DNA from: a virus
Lineage: Duplodnaviria; Caudoviricetes
Direction: 5' to 3' (one strand)
Length of the DNA: 60,860 nucleotides
Virus record (IMG/VR): IMGVR_UViG_3300032320_000463
Span: 1-60,860 of that record
Position numbers and translations under genes: made by a program. Shown one piece after another: positions 1 to 8,083 of the stretch (positions are counted from its first letter, which is position 1; each line of letters begins with the position of its first letter). Under the pieces are notes generated by a model. The model searched no databases. It was given only the letters and a program-made list of their open reading frames with translations, and had not been told where the DNA came from.

Positions 1-123
1 ATTTCACGCGCACAACTATTGAAAGAGCTGCTCCCCGGTCTGAACGCTTTGTTCGGTCTGGAGTATGCCAAGTACGGCGAAGAGCACAAAGAGATCTACG
101 AAACAGAGACATCTGAGCGTAGC
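1..123. repeat. 123-bp direct repeat, left copy (circular overlap)
   Basis: Identical to 60738-60860; lies inside the capsid ORF, so the contig closes as a circle. Confidence 0.97.
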
Positions 124-903
124 TTTGAAGAAGAAACGAAACTGTCTGGTTTCTCTGCTGCACCTGTTAAGAACGAGGGCTCTGCCATCGCTTACGACAA
201 TGCACAGGAAGCATGGACTGCTCGTTACAACCACGAAACCATCGCTTTGGGTTTCTCGCTGACCGAAGAGGCCATCGAAGATAACTTGTACGACAGCTTG
301 TCTGCTCGTTACACCAAAGCTCTGGCTCGTGCTATGGCATACACCAAGCAGGTTAAAGCTGCTGCTGTGTTGAACAATGGCTTTTCTAGCGCCTACCCCG
401 GTGGCGACGGTGTTGCTCTGTTCTCCAACGCACATCCTTTGATCTCTGGTGGCACCAACAGCAACATCCCATCTACCCCTGCCGACTTGAATGAAACATC
501 GTTGGAAAACGCTGTGATTCAGATCAGCTTGTGGACTGATGAGCGTGGTCTGTTGATCGCTGCTAAACCTAGCAAGTTGGTGGTTCCACCTGCACTGCAG
601 TTCACGGCAACTCGTTTGCTTGAGACTGAATTGCGCGTGTCTACTGCTGACAACGATATCAACGCCTTGAAGAACAATGGCTCTATCCCCGGTGGATATA
701 CCATTAACCACTTCTTGACTGATACCAACGCTTGGTTCTTGTGCACAGACGTGCCTAACGGCATGAAGCACTTCGTGCGTACTCCGTTGCAACAGTCGAT
801 GGATGGTGATTTCGATACCGGCAACGTCCGTTACAAGTCTCGTGAGCGTTACAGCTTCGGCTGGTCTGACCCTCTCGGCATGTTCGGTTCCGCTGGCGCT
901 TAA
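1..903 (+). CDS. Major capsid protein (start ATG at 60732, across the wrap)
   Basis: MAISRAQLLKELLPGLNALFGLEY...DGDFDTGNVRYKSRERYSFGWSDP; follows portal and scaffold; followed by a terminator. Confidence 0.9.
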   Translation: MSRAQLLKELLPGLNALFGLEYAKYGEEHKEIYETETSERSFEEETKLSGFSAAPVKNEGSAIAYDNAQEAWTARYNHETIALGFSLTEEAIEDNLYDSLSARYTKALARAMAYTKQVKAAAVLNNGFSSAYPGGDGVALFSNAHPLISGGTNSNIPSTPADLNETSLENAVIQISLWTDERGLLIAAKPSKLVVPPALQFTATRLLETELRVSTADNDINALKNNGSIPGGYTINHFLTDTNAWFLCTDVPNGMKHFVRTPLQQSMDGDFDTGNVRYKSRERYSFGWSDPLGMFGSAGA

Positions 904-924
904 TATTTCTTAGGAAATATATGG

Positions 925-953
925 AGAAGGGGGCTTGTGCCCCCTTTTCTTTT
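925..953 (+). terminator. Rho-independent terminator after capsid gene
   Basis: GGGGGC-TTGT-GCCCCC then TTTTCTTTT. Confidence 0.8.
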
Positions 954-963
954 GGGGTATATT
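935..963 (+). promoter_or_regulatory. Putative sigma70 promoter overlapping the terminator
   Basis: TTGTGC (935-940), 17 bp, TATATT (958-963); predicted start near 970. Confidence 0.5.
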
Positions 964-970
964 GTTTTTA

Positions 971-1046
971 ATCCGGGGTTATCCGGTGCATTAGACAGTC
1001 CCGGCTGACGACATACAGACTAATGCACTTAACTTGTATGTAAGGA
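971..1046 (+). ncRNA. Candidate structured cis-regulatory leader RNA (double pseudoknot)
   Basis: Three interleaved complementary pairs: 986-994/1020-1028, 973-978/999-1004, 1011-1017/1035-1041; the last abuts SD AAGGA. Confidence 0.55.
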
Positions 1047-1052
1047 CACATC

Positions 1053-1400
1053 ATGTCAACCACCACGTTCTCCGGCCCAGTCGTATCACAAAACGGCTTT
1101 GTGGGCACCACCACTGGCAACGTCACAGGTAACGTAACAGGCAATGTCACAGGCAACGTAACCGGTAACGTAGCAGGCACAGTGACAGGCAACGTAGTTG
1201 CTACCGCTGGCTACATTCAACTCCGTACCGCTACTACAGCACAAATCGCCGCCATAGCAGACCCCGTAAATACCGTTGGTAAAGTTGCGGGTACGATTGT
1301 GTTTAACACCACTTTAGGCACATTAAAAATTGCTACAGGCGCAACTGCTGCGAGCACTTGGGTGAATGCTGACGGCACTGCCGCTGTTACACCGTCCTAA
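1053..1400 (+). CDS. Putative capsid decoration or short fibre protein with GNVT repeats
   Basis: MSTTTFSGPV start; tandem TGNV repeats; first gene after capsid. Confidence 0.6.
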   Translation: MSTTTFSGPVVSQNGFVGTTTGNVTGNVTGNVTGNVTGNVAGTVTGNVVATAGYIQLRTATTAQIAAIADPVNTVGKVAGTIVFNTTLGTLKIATGATAASTWVNADGTAAVTPS

Positions 1401-1408
1401 TTGATCTT

Positions 1409-1428
1409 AGGGGCTTTGGCCCTTTTTT
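1409..1428 (+). terminator. Putative terminator
   Basis: AGGGGC-TTTG-GCCC then T6. Confidence 0.55.
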
Positions 1429-1442
1429 AAAGGAGATTGATT

Positions 1443-1769
1443 ATGGCGCAAGTACTACTCTCTAGAGCCACTGGCACCGGTGCCGGTGCGGCGTGGAATC
1501 CCCGCGATACGTCGGCTGTTGCCACGTACACTTATCACAGCTTCCAAGCTATTGGCTCAACATCCACATCTACCGGCGCAGCTACTGTCTTGATTCAAGT
1601 TAGTAACGATGGTGTGAATTACATTACGATGGGCACAATTACTTTAACGCTTGGAACGTCGGTTACTTCTGATGGTTTTGCTGCGGCAAATACTTGGGAG
1701 TACTATCGCGCTAACGTATCGGCCATTTCTGGTACTGGTGCAAGTGTCACCGTATACATGAAAGGTTAA
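1443..1769 (+). CDS. Small beta-rich virion protein
   Basis: SD AAGGAG; Thr/Ser/Gly-rich. Confidence 0.55.
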   Translation: MAQVLLSRATGTGAGAAWNPRDTSAVATYTYHSFQAIGSTSTSTGAATVLIQVSNDGVNYITMGTITLTLGTSVTSDGFAAANTWEYYRANVSAISGTGASVTVYMKG

Positions 1770-1771
1770 TC

Positions 1772-2266
1772 ATGACGGTCGTAGTTAACAACCCAGTCGC
1801 AGGATTCTTGGCCGCTAACTACGGCATGTTTCAGCACAACGCAACTTTGACCAATGGCGGCGCAACCACGGCAAACTTGTTTCTTTTGGACACTACTGAT
1901 TTTGCAAATGGCATTTCAGTTGTTGACACTTCTAAGGTAACGATTGCAACAGGTGGGGTATACAACTTTCAGTTTTCAGCGCAGTTTGCACGCACAGGGG
2001 GCCTTGGTTTTTCCACGGCAGAAGTTTGGCTGTCTAAAAATGGTGCCAATGTCGCAGACACCAACGGACAGGTTAACATTCCACAAAGCGGAGGCAAGAC
2101 CATTGCTGCTTGGAACTATTTGATTCAAGCAAACTCCGGAGATTATTTCCAACTATATTGGTCTAGCACGGATACCGGCTTGGAAGTTTTGTACGCAGCA
2201 GCCGGGACAAATCCAACTCGCCCCGTAACCCCTTCGGTTATCGTAACTGTGACGCAGGTTGCATAA
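1772..2266 (+). CDS. Putative C1q/BclA-like trimeric head-domain protein
   Basis: GVYNFQFSAQF...WLSKNG...AAWNY...GDYFQLYW...PSVIVTV. Confidence 0.5.
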   Translation: MTVVVNNPVAGFLAANYGMFQHNATLTNGGATTANLFLLDTTDFANGISVVDTSKVTIATGGVYNFQFSAQFARTGGLGFSTAEVWLSKNGANVADTNGQVNIPQSGGKTIAAWNYLIQANSGDYFQLYWSSTDTGLEVLYAAAGTNPTRPVTPSVIVTVTQVA

Positions 2267-2517
2267 TGGCATCCCCAGCATGGACTCGCAAAGAAGGCAA
2301 GAACCCCAAAGGCGGCTTGAACGCCAAGGGACGTGCGTCCTACAATGCAGCGAATCCGGGGAAGCCGGGGCTAAAGAGGCCTCAACCCGAGGGCGGCAGC
2401 AGGCGAGACTCTTTTTGTGCAAGGATGACTGGTATGAAGAAAAAGTTGACCAGCGCCAAAACCGCAAACGATCCAAATTCCCGAATCAATAAATCTTTAA
2501 GAGCGTGGAACTGCTGA
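2266..2517 (+). CDS. Small basic conserved phage protein (DUF6321-like)
   Basis: WTRKEGKNPKGGLNAKGR...RRDSFCARM...SLRAWNC. Confidence 0.55.
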   Translation: MASPAWTRKEGKNPKGGLNAKGRASYNAANPGKPGLKRPQPEGGSRRDSFCARMTGMKKKLTSAKTANDPNSRINKSLRAWNC

Positions 2518-2518
2518 G

Positions 2519-2731
2519 ATGAAACCCGAAACCGTTGACGTAGTGAAACAAGTTGGTGATGGCCTGTCGTTCGTAACGGCTGTAGCCACGATCACCAATA
2601 TGCTGCCCTCTATTGCCGCCCTGTTTACGATCATTTGGACAGGTATGCGAATTGCAGAAATGATTACAGGCAAAGAATTTTCTGTGCTTATTGGTTTGAA
2701 AAAGGTATCTAAAGATGCCCAGCTCAAGTAA
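2519..2731 (+). CDS. Small membrane protein
   Basis: Hydrophobic segment LPSIAALFTIIW; gene-dense context. Confidence 0.55.
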   Translation: MKPETVDVVKQVGDGLSFVTAVATITNMLPSIAALFTIIWTGMRIAEMITGKEFSVLIGLKKVSKDAQLK

Positions 2732-3215
2732 AAAGCAACATAATTTCATGGAGGCTGTGGCACATAGTCCAGCTTTTGCGAAGAAGGTGGGAGTCCCACA
2801 GTCCGTGGGCAAGGATTTTTCCAACGCGGACAAGGGCCGCAAATTTTCAAAAGGTGGTGATACTATGGCTTCAAAAATGAATCCCGGGATGATGGCAATG
2901 ATGGCCAAGAAAAAAGCCGGAGCTAAGAAAATGGCTGATGGCGGCATGACTATGGTCAATAAAGGCGGCAAAATGGTTCCAGACTTTGCTGCTGACGGCA
3001 AAGGCAAAATGGCCAAAGGCGGCATGACCAAGAAAATGGCTTCTGGTGGCATGGCTGCATCTGCAATGGGCAAAGTCAAGACAGCAGCTCCCAGCCGTGA
3101 TGGTATGGCCATGAAAGGCAAGACCAAAGGTACGCAAGTCAAGATGGCCGGTTCTGGTGTCCCCGGTGGCATCGGTTCCCGTGTGATGAAAAAAGGCGGA
3201 ATGGCCAAGTGCTAA
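2715..3215 (+). CDS. Lys/Met/Gly-rich basic protein with six xxxGG motifs
   Basis: FSKGG, MADGG, VNKGG, MAKGG, MASGG, MKKGG. Confidence 0.75.
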   Translation: MPSSSKKQHNFMEAVAHSPAFAKKVGVPQSVGKDFSNADKGRKFSKGGDTMASKMNPGMMAMMAKKKAGAKKMADGGMTMVNKGGKMVPDFAADGKGKMAKGGMTKKMASGGMAASAMGKVKTAAPSRDGMAMKGKTKGTQVKMAGSGVPGGIGSRVMKKGGMAKC

Positions 3216-3230
3216 TTTAAGGAGTCCTTC

Positions 3231-3515
3231 ATGGCTACCAAAGAGCAAATGCTTCAAGAAGCGCGGGATGAAAAAGACCGCATGAAAGCGGAAAAGGCGT
3301 ACGGCGCAGCTTTGAGAAACACCGAATACGCACCGAAAGTTGAAAAACCCAAATCTATGGGTTCCTCTGGGATGCCTAAAGTGAACGAAATGGGTGATGC
3401 TACCGGCTACAAAAAAGGTGGCATGACCGCTTCTAAACGCGCCGATGGATGTGCCCAGCGTGGCAAGACCAAAGGTACTATGGTCACCATGAAAGGCGGC
3501 GGTTACGCCTGTTAA
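3231..3515 (+). CDS. Small basic protein
   Basis: SD AAGGAG; YKKGG and RADGCAQRGKTKG motifs. Confidence 0.75.
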   Translation: MATKEQMLQEARDEKDRMKAEKAYGAALRNTEYAPKVEKPKSMGSSGMPKVNEMGDATGYKKGGMTASKRADGCAQRGKTKGTMVTMKGGGYAC

Positions 3516-3518
3516 ATT

Positions 3519-3794
3519 ATGATGGCATCCCGTGGTATGGGCGCAATCCGCGCCAGCAAAATGCCCAAGGGTACTGAAAAGGCTCGTCGGGATGACACTG
3601 ATTTCACCCAATACAAAGAGGGTGGCAAAGTCAACGCTGCTGGTAACTACACCAAACCTAGTCTGCGCAAGCGGATTGTGTCGCAGGTAAAGGCGGCGGC
3701 TACGCAAGGTACCGGCGCAGGGCAGTGGTCGGCTAGAAAAGCACAGCTTGTAGCTAAGAAATATAAAGCTGCTGGCGGGGGCTACCGTGACTAA
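3519..3794 (+). CDS. Small basic protein (DUF5872-like N-terminal module)
   Basis: YTKPSLRKRI...GQWSARKAQLVAKKYKAAGGGY. Confidence 0.6.
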   Translation: MMASRGMGAIRASKMPKGTEKARRDDTDFTQYKEGGKVNAAGNYTKPSLRKRIVSQVKAAATQGTGAGQWSARKAQLVAKKYKAAGGGYRD

Positions 3795-4125
3795 ATGGTC
3801 TGACAAGCGCAAGAAAGCTATAAACTGTGATGCCCCAAAAGGTTTCTCAGAAAAGGCACATTGCGCAAGTAAGAAAATGGCCGGTGGTGGGTTGGCTAAA
3901 CCGCAACAGTCTTTGAAGGATTGGGGTGACCAAAAATGGAGAACCAAGAGTGGAAAACCTTCTAGTAAAACGGGTGAAAGATACCTTCCAGAAGCTGCGA
4001 TTAAAAGCCTCAGCTCTTCTGAGTACGCTGCGACAACACGTGCAAAACGTGCGGGCAAAGCTAAAGGCAAGCAATTCGTAGCCCAACCCAAAACAATTGC
4101 AAAGAAAACAGCAGGGTATAGATAA
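3787..4125 (+). CDS. Small basic protein
   Basis: INCDAPKGFSEKAHC module, MAGGG, then QQSLKDWGDQKWRT...ERYLP module. Confidence 0.65.
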   Translation: MTKWSDKRKKAINCDAPKGFSEKAHCASKKMAGGGLAKPQQSLKDWGDQKWRTKSGKPSSKTGERYLPEAAIKSLSSSEYAATTRAKRAGKAKGKQFVAQPKTIAKKTAGYR

Positions 4126-5057
4126 TGGCTAAGACCACCGGCACCACAGCTTTTGACCTTGACATGAACGACCTCATTGAAGAGGCGTTTGAGCGTTGCG
4201 GTCAAGAACTACGTACGGGTTACAACTTCCGCACTGCACGTCGGTCGTTGAACTTGCTGACGATTGAGTGGGCAAACCGTGGTTTGAACTTCTGGACTGT
4301 AGAACAGGGCCAGATTCCAATGGTGACGGGTCAGGCTATCTACCCCATGCCTACGGACACAATCAACCTCCTAGACATGGTAATCCGCCAAAGCAACGCC
4401 ACGTCTAACCAGATTGACATCAATATCAGCGGTATCTCCGAATCAACCTACATGAGTCTGCCAAACAAGTTGGCACAAGGTCGCCCAATTCAGGTTTGGT
4501 ACAACCGTCAATCTGGCCAAGAGAACAGCACTACGGTTACCCTTAACGGAAATATTTCATCTACAGATACCACAATCACGTTGTCTAATGTGGACAACTT
4601 GACCACTGCTGGATTTATCAAAATTGATAATGAAACCATCAGTTATCCCAACGTAGATCCTGTAAACAATCAGTTACTTAACTGCGCTCGTGGGCAAAAC
4701 GGAACGACTGCCGCAGCGCATACGACTGGCGCAGCCATAACCGTGCAAAACTTGCCCGCTATTAATGTGTGGCCTACACCTAACGCTCCCGGTAACCAGT
4801 ACATGTTTGTGTACTACCGCATGCGTCGTATTCAGGATGCTGGTTCCGGCGTGACCGTGCAAGATATTCCATTCCGCTTTATCCCCTGCATGGTGGCAGG
4901 GTTGGCCTATATGTTGAGCACCAAGCTGCCTGATGTAGATCCGCAGCGCGTTGTTGGTTTGAAGATGGAATATGAACAGCAGTGGGACTTAGCCCAGTCA
5001 GAAGACCGCGATACCTCTCCGTTGCGGTTTGTGCCAAGGAATATGTTCTATGCCTAA
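4125..5057 (+). CDS. Putative head-tail adaptor or tail structural protein
   Basis: LIEEAFERCG...ARRSLNLL...WPTP...PFRFIPCMVAGLAY pattern; inserted Thr-rich domain. Confidence 0.6.
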   Translation: MAKTTGTTAFDLDMNDLIEEAFERCGQELRTGYNFRTARRSLNLLTIEWANRGLNFWTVEQGQIPMVTGQAIYPMPTDTINLLDMVIRQSNATSNQIDINISGISESTYMSLPNKLAQGRPIQVWYNRQSGQENSTTVTLNGNISSTDTTITLSNVDNLTTAGFIKIDNETISYPNVDPVNNQLLNCARGQNGTTAAAHTTGAAITVQNLPAINVWPTPNAPGNQYMFVYYRMRRIQDAGSGVTVQDIPFRFIPCMVAGLAYMLSTKLPDVDPQRVVGLKMEYEQQWDLAQSEDRDTSPLRFVPRNMFYA

Positions 5058-5478
5058 TCGGTTTGCCTCGGGCAAACATGCAATTGCCGAATGCGACCGA
5101 TGTGCGCAGAGGTACATGCTCAAGGAATTAAAGACACAGATAGTCAAGACTAAGCCGTTTAAGGTCAAGGTTTGTCCATCATGCTGGGATCCCGATCAGC
5201 CGCAGTTGCAATTGGGTATGTATCCAGTTAATGATCCGCAAGCTGTACGTGATCCACGTCCTGATGTGAGCTATCAAGTTTCGGGCCAAAGCGGTTTACA
5301 GATTTTGCAGACCGACAGCACAACACAAGATGGGTTTGGATACCCAGAGCAAGGTAGTCGGGTCTTCCAGTGGGGATACAACCCTGTTGGTGGAGCAAGT
5401 GGGTTTGACACGCTTTTAACGCCAAATAACTTGGTGTTGGCAGTAGAACTTGGTACAGTTACAGTTACAGTTACATAA
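5050..5478 (+). CDS. Conserved Zn-ribbon protein
   Basis: CDRC...CPSCWDPDQPQL. Confidence 0.65.
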   Translation: MPNRFASGKHAIAECDRCAQRYMLKELKTQIVKTKPFKVKVCPSCWDPDQPQLQLGMYPVNDPQAVRDPRPDVSYQVSGQSGLQILQTDSTTQDGFGYPEQGSRVFQWGYNPVGGASGFDTLLTPNNLVLAVELGTVTVTVT

Positions 5479-5488
5479 GGAGCTTGAA

Positions 5489-5692
5489 ATGGACAAAGCG
5501 GATTTAAAACAGGATAAAAAGATGATGGCCAAAGCCGTGCATAAGCACGAGAAGAAGCTGCATCCCGGTCAACCTATGACCAAATTGGCCAAGGGCGGCA
5601 AGACCAACCTGCAAATGAAACAGTTGGGTCGTGGTCTGGCCAAAGTAGCTAACCAGAAGAAGTCTTCCTTCACCTATAAAAAAGGCGGTTGA
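5489..5692 (+). CDS. Small basic protein ending in YKKGG
   Basis: SD AAGGAG; AVHKHEKKLH; LAKGG. Confidence 0.7.
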   Translation: MDKADLKQDKKMMAKAVHKHEKKLHPGQPMTKLAKGGKTNLQMKQLGRGLAKVANQKKSSFTYKKGG

Positions 5693-5693
5693 T

Positions 5694-5960
5694 ATGGCTA
5701 AATTCAGCAACAAGGTAATGGGCAAAGAAATTGGCGATGCCAGCGTCTATGCAGAGCCGCACACCATGGATGGTAAGTCCGGTGTAGACATCAAGAGCAG
5801 TGGCTACCAAGGTGGTGACCGCTTAACTGCAAATGAGGTGAACATGTCTGTTGGCAACATCAGTCGTGACCCATACAAAGAACCAAAGACTTCTGGCATT
5901 AAGATTCGCGGTACTGGCGCAGCTACTAAAGGCGTGATGGCTCGGGGGCCGATGGCTTAA
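5694..5960 (+). CDS. Small protein with RGTGAATKG motif
   Basis: ORF coupled to its neighbours. Confidence 0.7.
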   Translation: MAKFSNKVMGKEIGDASVYAEPHTMDGKSGVDIKSSGYQGGDRLTANEVNMSVGNISRDPYKEPKTSGIKIRGTGAATKGVMARGPMA

Positions 5961-5961
5961 T

Positions 5962-6939
5962 ATGAACTACATTGAGCTGTTCAATACCATTCAGTCGTAC
6001 ACGGAAAATACGTTTCCGGAGTTCACCGCTTCTAATGCAGACACGGTTACGGCTACTGAACAGATCAATCGATTCATTGAACAGGCTGAATTACGCATCT
6101 ATAACACGGTGCAGTTTCCGTCTCTTCGTAAGAACATGACGGGCAACATCACGTCAGGCAACAAGTACCTCAAAGCCCCAGATGATTATCTCGCCACGTA
6201 TTCGTTGGCTGTGATTGATGCATCGGGCAACTATGAGTACTTGCTGAACAAAGACGTGAATTACATTCGGCAGGCGTACCCCAATCCAACAACAGATGTT
6301 GGCACCCCCAAGCATTACGCTTTGTTTGGCCCTTCTGTGCAAAGCAATGTCATTACGAATGAGTTGACGTTCATACTTGGCCCAACGCCTAATACAAACT
6401 ATACGGCGGAATTGCATTTTTACTATTACCCCGTGTCTATCGTGCAAGCGGTGATCTCGTCTCTTGGGACGCTTTCAGGTGGTTCTGGCTACACCAATGG
6501 CGTGTATTACAACGTGTTGTTGACTGGTGGTAGTGGCACTGCGGCTTTTGCAGATATCACTGTGAGTGGCGGCGCTGTAGTTGGGGTTGTTATCCGTAAC
6601 GGCGGGTGCTTGTATAAAGTTGGTAACGTGTTATCCGCAGCAGTGGCCGATATTGGTGGGACAGGAACTGGGTTTTCTGTGCCTGTAGCCGCAGTGACCA
6701 ACGTAACTGGCAATTCGTGGCTGGGCGATAACTTTGACACAGTACTCTTGTATGGCACACTGGTTGAGGCGTACACCTACATGAAGGGTGAAACAGACTT
6801 GCTTGCCGTGTACGACAGCAAATACAAGGAAGCTCTTTCACAAGCCCAGCGTCTTGGTGATGGTCTAGAGCGTAGCGATGCTTACCGTAGCGGGCAGTAT
6901 AGATTGGCCCCGCTGCCACAAAATAATGGGGTTCGGTAA
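5962..6939 (+). CDS. Putative tail tubular protein A / adaptor with inserted GSGY domain
   Basis: MNY...FIEQAELRI...LGPTP...LLYGTLVEAYTYMKG. Confidence 0.6.
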   Translation: MNYIELFNTIQSYTENTFPEFTASNADTVTATEQINRFIEQAELRIYNTVQFPSLRKNMTGNITSGNKYLKAPDDYLATYSLAVIDASGNYEYLLNKDVNYIRQAYPNPTTDVGTPKHYALFGPSVQSNVITNELTFILGPTPNTNYTAELHFYYYPVSIVQAVISSLGTLSGGSGYTNGVYYNVLLTGGSGTAAFADITVSGGAVVGVVIRNGGCLYKVGNVLSAAVADIGGTGTGFSVPVAAVTNVTGNSWLGDNFDTVLLYGTLVEAYTYMKGETDLLAVYDSKYKEALSQAQRLGDGLERSDAYRSGQYRLAPLPQNNGVR

Positions 6940-7361
6940 TGGCGTTCACGGGAAACTTCTCCTGCAATACGTTACGCACCGGGCTGATTAACGGGACGTT
7001 GAACTTTTCAACGGACACGTTCTATTTGGCTTTGTACACCAACGCAGCAACACTTAATCAGACCACAACGGCATACACATCGGATGGAGAAACGTCGGGT
7101 GGCAACTATGTGGCTGGTGGCCAAGTAGTAACAGCGTCGGTCAGTACCGCGCTTGACCCAAACGGCAGTACTATTTTTATCAATTTCTCAAACCCGTCTT
7201 GGACCGGCGCAATCACTGCGCGTGGAGCTTTGATCTATAAAGCTGGCGCAAACGGTGCTGTCTGCGTTCTAGACTTTGGGAACAACGTGATATCAAATGG
7301 CACTTTTACCGTAGCGATGCCTGCTAACACCAGCACATCTGCACTCATTAGACTTGTATAG
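6939..7361 (+). CDS. Virion structural protein (paralogue of 7575-8051)
   Basis: F(Y/K)xALY...TTAY...ALIRL shared with 7575-8051. Confidence 0.6.
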   Translation: MAFTGNFSCNTLRTGLINGTLNFSTDTFYLALYTNAATLNQTTTAYTSDGETSGGNYVAGGQVVTASVSTALDPNGSTIFINFSNPSWTGAITARGALIYKAGANGAVCVLDFGNNVISNGTFTVAMPANTSTSALIRLV

Positions 7362-7369
7362 GAGAAAAC

Positions 7370-7564
7370 ATGGCACTGGTTACAACCACCAAAGGCGAAA
7401 TGGATGAAGCTCTTCTTGAGAAAAAAGAAGGCTTCGTTGATAATGACAACGAGCACACGACTTGGGTCGAGTATTGGTTGGATGGCGAACTTGTTCACCG
7501 TTCTGCCCATGTCGCTCTGAAAAAACCTGTAATATCAGCCGCCGAAGCGGCATCTTTTAACTAA
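7370..7564 (+). CDS. Hypothetical protein
   Basis: SD AGGAG; WVEYWLDGELVHRSAHV. Confidence 0.7.
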   Translation: MALVTTTKGEMDEALLEKKEGFVDNDNEHTTWVEYWLDGELVHRSAHVALKKPVISAAEAASFN

Positions 7565-7574
7565 GGAGCCTAAC

Positions 7575-8051
7575 ATGGCAAATACCCAAGCAATGACAAC
7601 AAGTTTTATGGGCGAGTTAATGACTGCCACCCATAATTTTGGTACTGCTCCCGTCCGTGCGACCGGCGCAACTGATGCGTTTAAAGCTGCCTTGTATTTG
7701 GCATCGGCCACGTACAACGCATCCACCACTGCTTATTCAGTTACAGGTGAAGTATCTGGCGCTGGTTACTCTGCTGGCGGTGTTGCGGTTACGTTTGGAA
7801 CTCCTCCTACGGCCACTAACTCTTCTACTACTGCGGGTGTTGCGTTTGTTACGCCTTCAGCCAGCATCACATACACCACAGTGACTTTGGCCACGGCGTT
7901 TGATGCAGTGCTGATCTACAACTCAACACAGGCTAACAAGGCTGTGAGCGTCCACACTTTTGGTTCGCAAACAATTACTGCTGGTACGTTCACATTGACG
8001 ATGCCCGCTAATACAACAACGACTGCGTTAATCCGCTTGGCTACAACCTAA
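7575..8051 (+). CDS. Virion structural protein (paralogue of 6939-7361)
   Basis: SD AAGGAG; same motif layout, ends ALIRLATT. Confidence 0.6.
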   Translation: MANTQAMTTSFMGELMTATHNFGTAPVRATGATDAFKAALYLASATYNASTTAYSVTGEVSGAGYSAGGVAVTFGTPPTATNSSTTAGVAFVTPSASITYTTVTLATAFDAVLIYNSTQANKAVSVHTFGSQTITAGTFTLTMPANTTTTALIRLATT

Positions 8052-8083
8052 TAGGGCTGGCGGGGTAACTCGTCGGGGCAGCC

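Noticed and set aside
1-123. Terminal repeat as a biological direct terminal repeat
   Set aside because: It falls inside the capsid ORF; better explained as a circular assembly overlap
986-1028. Hammerhead ribozyme (CTGACGA at 1005-1011 matches CUGANGA)
   Set aside because: No GAAA core or NUH triplet in the required positions
16-4205. Long antisense ORFs (16-792, 2486-3208, 2871-4205) and similar shadow ORFs elsewhere
   Set aside because: They lie opposite well-supported genes and have no recognisable motifs
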